A stretch of DNA of 64,000 nt. Origin: Anaerolineaceae bacterium. GTDB lineage: Bacteria > Chloroflexota > Anaerolineae > Anaerolineales > Anaerolineaceae. Below, in pieces: positions 9,727-18,100 of this stretch. The stretch is taken from the NCBI GenBank assembly GCA_012839565.1, contig DUMZ01000007.1, positions 110,939-174,938 of the forward strand, read 5' to 3'. The notes under the pieces were generated by a model. The model made no database searches, was not told where the DNA came from, and saw only the letters and a list, made by a program, of their open reading frames with translations. The translations under genes and the position numbers were made by a program. Position 1 is the stretch's first letter; the number at the start of each line of letters is the position of its first letter.

Positions 9727-10188
9727 ATGGAACACACAACACACACCTCACTGAAAGAATTGCTCAATAAGCCCACTCTGCGCAAAACCGCGCAACGGCA
9801 GGCTATTTACGACTACCTCACTGCCAGCTGCGAACATCCCAGCGCGGAAGACATTTATCAGGCGCTTAAACCACAGCATCCCACGCTTTCTTTGGCTACC
9901 GTGTACAACACTCTAACGCTTTTGGTTGATGCCGGACTGGTAACCCCCCTGGGCACCATCGGTGACAACAAAACGCAATTTGATGCAAACCTGCACCCCC
10001 ATTTGCACCTTTACTGCACCAAATGCAAAACTTTCATGGACTTTGAAAGCCCCCTGCTTGATGACATGAAAGCCTATGTTATTGAACAAAGCGACTACGA
10101 TATCATCAACAGTCGCCACATTTACTACGGCATTTGCCCTAACTGTAAATCGACTTCAGTCAACTCTGAAGATAAAAATCAAAATTAA
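9727..10188 (+). CDS. perR: Fur-family transcriptional regulator, probable peroxide sensor PerR
   Basis: Fur-family winged helix is present. Two CxxC pairs (CTKC, CPNC) are present. The gene lies immediately upstream of a peroxiredoxin. Confidence 0.75.
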   Translation: MEHTTHTSLKELLNKPTLRKTAQRQAIYDYLTASCEHPSAEDIYQALKPQHPTLSLATVYNTLTLLVDAGLVTPLGTIGDNKTQFDANLHPHLHLYCTKCKTFMDFESPLLDDMKAYVIEQSDYDIINSRHIYYGICPNCKSTSVNSEDKNQN

Positions 10189-10208
10189 ACCATACAAGGA
10201 GATTAACT

Positions 10209-10919
10209 ATGGAAAACAACGAAACAATCCAACGCATGCCCATGATCGGTGATCCCGCACCCGAATTTAAAGCCAAAACAACCCAGGGCGACATCAACTT
10301 CCCATCAGATTACGCTGGCCACTGGGTCATTCTCTTCAGCCATCCCGCTGACTTCACCCCTGTTTGTACCAGCGAATTCATCAGCTTTGCCGTTCTCGAA
10401 GAAGAATTTGCCAGGCTCAACACCAAGCTGGTCGGCCTCTCGGTTGACGGGCTGATGAGTCACATCGCCTGGCTGCGCACCATCAAAGAAAAAATCGAAT
10501 TCAACGGTCACAAGAACGTGGAAGTCAAATTCCCCTTAATTGATGACCTTACCATGGAAGTTGCCAAAAAATACGGCATGATTATGCCCAACGCTTCTTC
10601 CACACAGGCTGTACGCGCCGTCTTTGTGATCGACCCCAAAGGCATCGTTCGCGCTATCATCTACTACCCACTTTCAACCGGACGCAACTTTGACGAGCTC
10701 ATCCGCTTGGTTCAGGCTCTGCAAACCGCCGATGAATTTGGCGTAGCAACTCCTGCCGACTGGCGCCCAGGCGATAAGGTCATCGTGCCACCCCCCGGAT
10801 CCTGTGGTGTCGCCACCCAGCGCATGGCTGAGCAAAAGGATATGGAATGCCAGGACTGGTTCTTCTGTCTTCGCCCGATTGATAAGGAAGAAGTCTTTAG
10901 CAAGATTCACAAAAGCTAA
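10209..10919 (+). CDS. Peroxiredoxin, Prx6/archaeal-type with Cys-containing C-terminal extension
   Basis: PADFTPVCTSE peroxidatic motif (Cys codon TGT at 10365-10367). The C-terminal CGVATQR...ECQDWFFC resembles archaeal/Thermotoga-type Prx. Confidence 0.9.
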   Translation: MENNETIQRMPMIGDPAPEFKAKTTQGDINFPSDYAGHWVILFSHPADFTPVCTSEFISFAVLEEEFARLNTKLVGLSVDGLMSHIAWLRTIKEKIEFNGHKNVEVKFPLIDDLTMEVAKKYGMIMPNASSTQAVRAVFVIDPKGIVRAIIYYPLSTGRNFDELIRLVQALQTADEFGVATPADWRPGDKVIVPPPGSCGVATQRMAEQKDMECQDWFFCLRPIDKEEVFSKIHKS

Positions 10920-10971
10920 TCTTGATTAGCTGGTAAAGTTTAGTTTACTTGCCAAAGCATTGATATAAATT

Positions 10972-11006
10972 AAAACTGACCGCTCTATGATTGAACGGTC
11001 AGTTTT
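10972..11006. terminator. Bidirectional terminator
   Basis: AAAACTGACCG-13 nt-CGGTCAGTTTT. Confidence 0.65.
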
Positions 11007-11031
11007 GTTTATATGACAATAAGCCAGATCT

Positions 11032-12228
11032 TTAGCCACCAGAACTGGGCGTTGGCGTGTAAATCGGCTGGGGTGGCGTGCCCATCGGCGTTGGGGTTGG
11101 CAAGGGTGTCTTTCCGCTTGGGTCAAAGACATACACATACTCACCCAACTCCGCCCAGTGGAATAACCAGTTGGCATCGCCCGGGAACATATTGATACAG
11201 CCATGCGACTGGGGAATGCCCAAAACTGCCGGCCAATACACTGCATGAATTGCCTGCGCGTGATTGTAATAAAGCGCCCATGGAACATTTTCATAATAGA
11301 AGAAATCTGACTTATCCATGGCATACGAGCCCTGCATGGTGTGTAATTCAACCTTATGATAGACCTCATACACACCTGGGTCAGAATAAGCCTGGCCCGC
11401 GCCACTGGCAATTACCGTAGCAAAGCGCAATTCACCGTCTTCGTAGACCGCCAAAGTCTGCTGTTCCAGGTCAATCGCAATCCACCTGTCGCGGTCAACA
11501 CCATCAGGCCGATGGGTATCTACCCGCACCATGCGCGATTTTAGCGATGGTATCCACTCACCCGGTGCAACATGATACCAGGTAAAACCCTCAGCTTCTT
11601 CCCAACTGTATATCGGAAACGAGTCGTACTTTTTATAAAAGTTTTCCGTTTGGTTTGAAATAAAACTCGGCTCAGAATAACTGTAAATGTCATCAATCGT
11701 AAAGCCAAAATTGTGATTAGGGGTAGCAAAGAATTCCAGTCCCTGCCAGCGTGGCCAGCCCCAAATCGGTGTTGCCTCAACCCATTCCCCTTTTTTGGTA
11801 CGCACAAAGGTACGCCCGCCAGCTTGCACCGATTCAGTCACACTCACATAACGCCCGCCTTCGCCCACAATCGTTCGCACTGGTGTGGCACCCGCCATGG
11901 CATCATCCAAACTGGCATAGAAGGGCGTATTGCCACCAGTCACCAGCGCCACAGGTTCCGGCAATTCCGATAGGCTGGCATCCGGCCTTCGCGCGGAAAG
12001 CCCCCGCATCGGATACGGAAAGCCCTGTTCAGCCATCTCACGAATTGATTGCGATGGACCCAAGGGCAAGCAGTCCCCTGGGTCAGTTTGATAATGGCCA
12101 GGCAAACACAAAGGCAGGTCATAATGGGCTTGCCCGTCAGCAGCGTCCACTGCCAACGCGCCTGGTACAGTGCTTATCAGGGCAAACAACAAGACTATCA
12201 AAGCGAATTTTAGCATTCGTTTTATCAT
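11032..12228 (-). CDS. L,D-transpeptidase (YkuD) domain protein, secreted
   Basis: N-terminal signal/anchor MLKFALIVLLFALI. Catalytic SHGCINM motif near the C-terminus. Pro/Thr-rich tail. Confidence 0.8.
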   Translation of the reverse strand: MIKRMLKFALIVLLFALISTVPGALAVDAADGQAHYDLPLCLPGHYQTDPGDCLPLGPSQSIREMAEQGFPYPMRGLSARRPDASLSELPEPVALVTGGNTPFYASLDDAMAGATPVRTIVGEGGRYVSVTESVQAGGRTFVRTKKGEWVEATPIWGWPRWQGLEFFATPNHNFGFTIDDIYSYSEPSFISNQTENFYKKYDSFPIYSWEEAEGFTWYHVAPGEWIPSLKSRMVRVDTHRPDGVDRDRWIAIDLEQQTLAVYEDGELRFATVIASGAGQAYSDPGVYEVYHKVELHTMQGSYAMDKSDFFYYENVPWALYYNHAQAIHAVYWPAVLGIPQSHGCINMFPGDANWLFHWAELGEYVYVFDPSGKTPLPTPTPMGTPPQPIYTPTPSSGG

Positions 12229-12235
12229 GCTCCCT

Positions 12236-12241
12236 ATTATA
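12236..12241 (-). promoter_or_regulatory. -10 box TATAAT 7 nt upstream of the L,D-transpeptidase ATG
   Basis: Minus strand reads GGTATAAT-agggagc-ATG. Confidence 0.35.
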
Positions 12242-12578
12242 CCTTGCCCAAATGAGGATGCAAAAAGGCTGTGTCAGCCATGCCATGACAAACACAACTT
12301 ATCGGACGTTGTTTTCTATAGCAATCACAACCTGACTAAACAAAAAATTCCCCCTCTCCAGGGAGAGGGATAAAGGGTGTGGGTTTTTAAAGTATTACAA
12401 ACATTTTTATTGTGGGTTATCCAAACCTCTGCTTCACTTTTTTGATGATATTCGCTAAATATAATTCGCGGTTCTTGAATTCAACCCCTTTTAATTTCCT
12501 GGTTCCAAAAAACCATTTTTCTCACCGATTACCCTGCATTATCCCTGCCCACAAGCCACCAGGGACAGGCAAAGAAGG

Positions 12579-12584
12579 TATAAT
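12579..12584 (+). promoter_or_regulatory. -10 box TATAAT 7 nt upstream of the dinG ATG (leaderless candidate)
   Basis: GGTATAAT-caaaccc-ATG, with no SD. Confidence 0.35.
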
Positions 12585-12591
12585 CAAACCC

Positions 12592-15390
12592 ATGCAAACC
12601 ATCGTCTGCCTTGACATAGAAACAACCGGGCTAAGCCCCGACAACGACTCCATCATCGAAATCGGCGCCATCAAATTTTCCGGCACCCGCGTTATCGCCG
12701 AATACGAAACCTTAATCAACCCCAGCCGCCCGATTAATCAATACATCAGCAATCTCACCGGCATTTCCAACGCCATGGTCATGAACGCGCCCATGCTCTC
12801 AGACAAATTGCGCGAATTTGTCGACTTCGTCGGTGATGCGCCCATTCTTGGTCAAAACGTGGGTTTTGATCTCAGTTTCTTCCACAAAGTTGGCGCGCTA
12901 AAGCAAAACCAAGCTATCGACACCTACGAACTGGCCTCCGTTCTGCTTCCCACCGCGCCCCGCTACGCCCTAAGCGCCCTGACAAGTCACCTGGGCATCG
13001 TGCAACAAAACGTTCACCGCGCGCTTGCGGATGCCCGCGCCACGATGGACGTCTATCACAAGCTGATGGATATCCTCCACACCCTGCCCGATGAACTCAT
13101 CGTTGAAATTGTCAGTCAATCCGAAAAACTGGGCTGGGCGGGCGAACTGCCCTTCAAAGCCGTGCTTAAAGAACGCATGGAAGACCGCCCTTACGAGATT
13201 TACAAAGCCCAAAAAGCAACCGATAAACTTTTCAGTTTCGCGAAAGCCACACCCGCCATCCCCTTGGAACCGGTTCAGTTCCTCAAACCGCTTGATGTTG
13301 AAGAACTCGCCAGCACTCTGGAACCCGGAGGCGCGTTTTCGCGTCATAACCTCGACTTTGAACACCGCTCACAGCAAGTGCAGGTGCTCAAATCAGTTGC
13401 CGAAGCGCTTAACAAAGGCAATCATCTCATGGTCGAAGCCGGCACCGGCACCGGCAAATCGCTGGCATATCTCATTCCCGCCGCGCAGTGGGCCTTGCAA
13501 AACGGCGAAAGGGTCGTCGTTTCTACCAACACTATCGCCTTGCAAGACCAGCTCATCAACAAAGACCTGCCCGACCTCATTGAAGCCCTGGATTCAGACC
13601 TGCGTACCGCTGTTCTCAAAGGACGCTCAAATTACCTCTGCCCGCGCAAACTCAACGCATTGCGCAAACGCGGCCCCGAAAACGCCGACGAACTGCGCAT
13701 CCTGGCCAAAATATTAGTCTGGCTCCATCAGGGTGGCAGTGGCGACCGCGCTGAAATCAACCTGAACGGCCCCATCGAACGCATGATTTGGGCGCGTCTC
13801 TCCGCGGAAGACGAAAACTGTCGCATCGAAACCTGTCTCAGGCAAATGGGCGGACGCTGTCCGTTCTACAAAGCGCGCATGGCAGCCGAAAGCGCGCATA
13901 TTCTCGTCGTCAACCACGCCTTGCTGCTTGCCGATGCCGCCACCGAAAACCGCGTTTTACCGGCGTATAACTACCTCATTATTGACGAAGCCCACCACAT
14001 CGAAGCCGCCACCACCGACGCCATGGCTTTCCGCCTTTACGCGCACGACATCAAACGCCTTGTCCGCGAACTGGGCAGCCACGAACACGGCCTGCTGGGT
14101 CGTGCCTGGGCGCTCGCTCAGGATGGGCTTAGACCTTCCGACCTCGCTCAGTTGAGTGTCACCATCGGAAAAATCACCGATATTGCTGTGCGCTTCGACA
14201 CCTACATGAGTCAATACTTCAAAGCGCTGGATTACGTGCTTGAAGAACTGCGCGACGGTCGCCCACTGGGCACCTACCCCCAACAAGTACGCATTTTGCC
14301 CTCCCTGCGCTCCCTGCCGATGTGGTTCGAAGTTGAAGTCGCCTGGGATGACGCCCACACCGCGCTCGACAGTCTCACTTCACATCTCAAAGTCATCCGC
14401 GAAATCCTCCACAGCATTAACAGCAACGATGATGAAGATGCCGAAGATCTCATGGGCGCTTTGGGCACGTTGAGCCAAACCATCGCTGAAATCGGCGAAA
14501 AGCTCGAACAACTCACCATGACCCCCGACGACAATCAAATCTACTGGGTCGAACTTGACCCCTTACAGGGGCGCTTAACCCTGCAAAGCGCGCCTTTGCA
14601 TATCGGCACCCTTATGGAAAAACATCTCTGGCACGAAAAAGCCAGCGTCATTCTCACTTCCGCCACCCTGACCACCCACGGTGAATTTGACTATCTCAAA
14701 CGTCGCCTCAATGCCCAGGACGCCGACGAAATGACCATCGACTCGCCTTTCGATTACGAACACGCTGTAATGATTTACTTACCCACCGACATCCCCGAAC
14801 CCAACGACAGTTACGGGCATCAAAAAATCACGGAAGATACCATCATCCGCCTGGCGCGCGTCACCGGTGGGCGCATGCTGGTGCTTTTCACGTCTTACGC
14901 GCAACTCCGCAAAACTTCCCAGGCCATCAGTCCCGCCCTGGCTAAACTGGATATTTCCGTTTTTGAACAAGGCGAAGGCGCTTCGGCATCAGCCCTGCTG
15001 GAATCCTTCAAGGAAAGCGACCGCGCCGTCCTGCTGGGCACCCGCGCCTTTTGGGAAGGGGTCGACGTCCCTGGCGAAGCGCTTTCCGCGCTGGTTATCG
15101 TCAAACTGCCATTTGACGTGCCCTCTGACCCCATCATCGCCGCGCGCGCGGAAAGTTTTGAAAATCCCTTTGCCGAATACAATCTGCCCGAAGCCATTTT
15201 ACGTTTCCGGCAAGGCTTTGGCCGGCTTATCCGCACCCAAAGCGACCGCGGCGTGGTGGTTATGCTGGATAAACGCCTGGTCAGCAAGCAATATGGGCGT
15301 TTGTTTATGGAATCCCTGCCCAACTGCCACATCCAGCGCTCGTCCATCGCCAACCTTCCCGAACACGCCAGCAAATGGCTGGGTAACTAA
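12592..15390 (+). CDS. dinG: DinG-family ATP-dependent DNA helicase with N-terminal DEDDh 3'-5' exonuclease domain
   Basis: VCLDIETTGL...HRALADA exonuclease motifs. EAGTGTGKS Walker A. IIDEAHH DEAH box. Four Cys (13639-13860) lie in the XPD/DinG Fe-S position. I chose the start at MQTIVCLDIETTG rather than the GTG at 12412. Confidence 0.85.
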   Translation: MQTIVCLDIETTGLSPDNDSIIEIGAIKFSGTRVIAEYETLINPSRPINQYISNLTGISNAMVMNAPMLSDKLREFVDFVGDAPILGQNVGFDLSFFHKVGALKQNQAIDTYELASVLLPTAPRYALSALTSHLGIVQQNVHRALADARATMDVYHKLMDILHTLPDELIVEIVSQSEKLGWAGELPFKAVLKERMEDRPYEIYKAQKATDKLFSFAKATPAIPLEPVQFLKPLDVEELASTLEPGGAFSRHNLDFEHRSQQVQVLKSVAEALNKGNHLMVEAGTGTGKSLAYLIPAAQWALQNGERVVVSTNTIALQDQLINKDLPDLIEALDSDLRTAVLKGRSNYLCPRKLNALRKRGPENADELRILAKILVWLHQGGSGDRAEINLNGPIERMIWARLSAEDENCRIETCLRQMGGRCPFYKARMAAESAHILVVNHALLLADAATENRVLPAYNYLIIDEAHHIEAATTDAMAFRLYAHDIKRLVRELGSHEHGLLGRAWALAQDGLRPSDLAQLSVTIGKITDIAVRFDTYMSQYFKALDYVLEELRDGRPLGTYPQQVRILPSLRSLPMWFEVEVAWDDAHTALDSLTSHLKVIREILHSINSNDDEDAEDLMGALGTLSQTIAEIGEKLEQLTMTPDDNQIYWVELDPLQGRLTLQSAPLHIGTLMEKHLWHEKASVILTSATLTTHGEFDYLKRRLNAQDADEMTIDSPFDYEHAVMIYLPTDIPEPNDSYGHQKITEDTIIRLARVTGGRMLVLFTSYAQLRKTSQAISPALAKLDISVFEQGEGASASALLESFKESDRAVLLGTRAFWEGVDVPGEALSALVIVKLPFDVPSDPIIAARAESFENPFAEYNLPEAILRFRQGFGRLIRTQSDRGVVVMLDKRLVSKQYGRLFMESLPNCHIQRSSIANLPEHASKWLGN

Positions 15391-15445
15391 GCTGACTGGC
15401 TGGTTGGTAAGGGGAAAGAACATGGTTAAGACCCATGTTGAATGT

Positions 15446-15859
15446 TTATTTACTAATAGGTTCGCCTTTAATTTTATCTAAAAATAATTGAACCGATATA
15501 TCAGTCCTTCTAGGTCCTTGAATGTTTCCTTCCATACCGGAATCTTGCAAAGCAGACAAAGTAATCTGCGCCTTTGAAAACCTTTCCAATAATTCAAGTT
15601 CCATATAGTTTCCATAATTTAAATAATTCGTTCCATCAATTACAAACTCATGGTCATCTATTTCAACTGCAGTGAGATTCACCTTATTAACCCGGCATTT
15701 GAACATGATTGCACTATAAGGTTTTCCTACATACACATATACAATATCACCTGGGGATATTGCTTTCAAAGATTGCTTCCAATTAATTTTATGGAATTTG
15801 TCAAAGGCACCCAAAACATCATAGTATTTAGGGTTACAAGGAATAATCCAGCTTTCCAT
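15446..15859 (-). CDS. PUA-like (EVE/ASCH-type) domain protein
   Basis: MESWIIPCNPKYYDV... N-terminus and the ~138-aa size are typical of EVE-like domains. AAAGGTG SD is present. The gene is markedly AT-rich relative to its neighbours. I chose the start at the internal ATG (15859). Confidence 0.45.
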   Translation of the reverse strand: MESWIIPCNPKYYDVLGAFDKFHKINWKQSLKAISPGDIVYVYVGKPYSAIMFKCRVNKVNLTAVEIDDHEFVIDGTNYLNYGNYMELELLERFSKAQITLSALQDSGMEGNIQGPRRTDISVQLFLDKIKGEPISK

Positions 15860-16187
15860 TTGTTCACACCTTTCTCTGTTTATATGTTGCTTTATATTCA
15901 CACTTCTTTTAATTTCAAATAACACAAGGCCTTGACGACCTATGCTACTTTCTAACATTCACATAAATTATACCAGCGCGATGATGTAGTAATTTCCTAA
16001 TATTAGGTATAGCTCACAGAATCCCAAAAAGTTTAGCGCGAAAACAAAACCCACCATTGTGTTTTCTCACAATCCACACTCAACATTTTCCTGGCATCCA
16101 TTGCAAAGCATTTGACAAATTTTCCCTATGCAAGTAGACTTCTCACGCTTATTACACAGCGATTACTTGTTTGTCAGAAAGGAAATA

Positions 16188-16391
16188 ATGAGAATGGCAT
16201 ACACATTTACAAATTCAAAAGGAACAAAATACTACCTGCACGCCAAGAAGGTGCAACGCGCTTCGGGTAAAGAAACTGAACTGTTTTACTTCGCCCGCGA
16301 TATCCGCGAAGGACAGGAAGTAAAAGAAGTCCCCGCCGGCAAGAAAGTTGTTGAACTTGCTTCCGGTCTTCCCGTTTTGAAGAAAATCTAA
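16188..16391 (+). CDS. Small basic hypothetical protein
   Basis: AGGAAA SD lies 4 nt upstream of the ATG at 16188. The ORF is 67 aa and a terminator follows. Confidence 0.4.
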   Translation: MRMAYTFTNSKGTKYYLHAKKVQRASGKETELFYFARDIREGQEVKEVPAGKKVVELASGLPVLKKI

Positions 16392-16428
16392 ATTGTTCCG
16401 CATTTCGTAATCTTTGGATTGCAAAATT

Positions 16429-16456
16429 AAGGCTGGCGTTGATGTCAGCCTTTTTT
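16429..16456 (+). terminator. Rho-independent terminator
   Basis: AAGGCTG-loop-CAGCCTTTTTT. Confidence 0.7.
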
Positions 16457-16623
16457 GTTATTTTGTGTTTTTTAGGCTATCCCAGAACAATTTCACAAAA
16501 AAATCACCTCGTTCCCACGTGGTCTCCTGACCACGCGTACCATTAAACCCTGCAAAATCCTGATTTCCCTTGGTACAGTTCATGCACCTTTAAGCATGAT
16601 AGTTCTATTTCAGGAGTTAGACG

Positions 16624-17268
16624 ATGAAACAAAGCTTAAAACTGATTCTTATCGCGCTCGTTGGTTTGTTCCTTTTAAGCGCGTGCACGCGGAGTGCCTC
16701 GAAGCCACCCGCCTATGACCCCACTTTCGGCGACGACACCCCGCTTTTTGGCTCGGTAGATGACCAAATTCGCTACGCCACCTCAACCGCGGCAGCCATT
16801 ATCGCCAAATACAATCTGCCAACCGAAATCATCCATAACCCACAAGGCACGCCCATTGTGGTCACTTCTACGCCAGTTCCCACTGCCACACCAACTGCCA
16901 CGCCAACGGTTACCCCCATCGTGCCGGTTGTGCCTGCCAGCTGGGAAATCCAAAAGGGCGAAACGCTGGAATGCCTCGCGCGCCGTTTTGACGTTAGTCT
17001 GGAAGACCTGAAAGCCGCCAACCCAGGGCTTGATGCCTGGAACCTGAAAATCGGGCAGAAAATTGACATCCCGCAAAACAGCAAATGGCCCGGCGAACGC
17101 AGCACCGGACTTTGGCCCCGCCCGGATATTTGGACAGTTGGTCCCGATGAAACGGTTTACCTGGTTGCCTGTGCCTATGGCGACGTTTGGCCGGAAGAAA
17201 TCATTCAGCTCAACAACATTCAAGACCCAAACGACTTGAGTGGCTATACCGAACTGCAAATCCCCTAG
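16624..17268 (+). CDS. LysM-domain lipoprotein
   Basis: Lipobox LLSAC. PT-rich linker. LysM segment WEIQKGETLECLARRFDVSLEDLKAANP...GQKIDIP. Confidence 0.75.
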   Translation: MKQSLKLILIALVGLFLLSACTRSASKPPAYDPTFGDDTPLFGSVDDQIRYATSTAAAIIAKYNLPTEIIHNPQGTPIVVTSTPVPTATPTATPTVTPIVPVVPASWEIQKGETLECLARRFDVSLEDLKAANPGLDAWNLKIGQKIDIPQNSKWPGERSTGLWPRPDIWTVGPDETVYLVACAYGDVWPEEIIQLNNIQDPNDLSGYTELQIP

Positions 17269-17280
17269 GACATTGACCAC

Positions 17281-17841
17281 ATGAAAATCCTGGGAAGAGA
17301 AAAAGTCTACCATGGGGGGCTGATTGACGTTGAGAAAATCCACGTCCGCCTGGCTGATGGCAAAGAACGCCATTATGAGATGGTCAACCATGCCGACGCT
17401 GTTACCGTGCTCCCCATTGATGAAAATGGCATGATTTACTTCGTGGAACAATACAGAGTAGGCAACGGCGGGCGTAAAATGCTGGAATTGCCAGCGGGTG
17501 TGATTGACCCCAATGAAGAACCCATCACCGCCGCCCATCGCGAACTAAGAGAAGAAACCGGTTTCGCCTGCAAAACACTGACCAAACTCACCGAGTTTTA
17601 CATGATTGTCGGCTATGGCGATGAGTTCATGCATGGTTACCTTGCCCAGGACCTCTATGCTGACGCGCTTGAACAGGACGACGATGAAAACATCATCGTA
17701 AAACCCATACATATCAGCGAAGTTTACAAAAGACTTTTCAATAACGGTTTTGACGATGGCAAGACCATTCTCGTTCTGAGTTTAGCCATTCCGCATCTCA
17801 TCAAACGTTTTCCGGAGCTTCATCAGGTCCTGAAAAGCTGA
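17281..17841 (+). CDS. NUDIX hydrolase (ADP-ribose pyrophosphatase-like)
   Basis: Nudix box GVIDPNEEPITAAHRELREETG. Confidence 0.8.
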   Translation: MKILGREKVYHGGLIDVEKIHVRLADGKERHYEMVNHADAVTVLPIDENGMIYFVEQYRVGNGGRKMLELPAGVIDPNEEPITAAHRELREETGFACKTLTKLTEFYMIVGYGDEFMHGYLAQDLYADALEQDDDENIIVKPIHISEVYKRLFNNGFDDGKTILVLSLAIPHLIKRFPELHQVLKS

Positions 17842-17865
17842 ACACAATAACAACTTTTAGAACTC

Positions 17866-17896
17866 AAAATCCCGGAAAGCCTTTCTGGGATTTTTT
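17866..17896 (+). terminator. Rho-independent terminator
   Basis: AAAATCCCGGAAAG-CC-TTTCTGGGATTTTTT (one G.U pair). Confidence 0.7.
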
Positions 17897-18100
17897 ATTG
17901 TCAGGTCAGGCGCAGATACTCAAAATTAAGAACAAATCCGACCAAATCATAGTGTTAATAGACAGTGAAAAAAGTCGTTACAGTTCCCCACAGAAAGTAC
18001 ATTCTGCGATACAATAAGGTGAACACCATCCAGCAATGGAAGGTGATTCAATGTGTATATTTCAAACGGTAATTACCGATAAAAAAGGAGTTAAGACAAT

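Noticed and set aside
10365-10367. Possibility that the peroxiredoxin (or another gene here) is a selenoprotein served by the nearby selB
   Set aside because: The peroxidatic residue is encoded by TGT (Cys), not TGA. I found no pair of same-frame ORFs interrupted by a single TGA anywhere in the window.
10926-12335. ORFs 10926..11411(-), 11751..12335(+) and others overlapping the L,D-transpeptidase gene
   Set aside because: These are alternative frames of a gene with a clear signal peptide and the YkuD catalytic motif. The overlapping ORFs are Arg/Pro-rich nonsense typical of off-frame translation.
12412-12591. 60-codon N-terminal extension of dinG from a GTG start, as in the ORF track
   Set aside because: The extension is AT-rich, non-conserved-looking sequence and contains the promoter-like TATAAT. 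The exonuclease motif I begins immediately after the ATG at 12592.
16783-17538. 251-aa ORF on the minus strand spanning the LysM and NUDIX genes
   Set aside because: It lies entirely antisense to two well-supported genes and crosses their intergenic gap. Its composition (rich in F/V/G/N/D/H) is that of a codon-bias shadow frame. It has no SD or recognisable motif.
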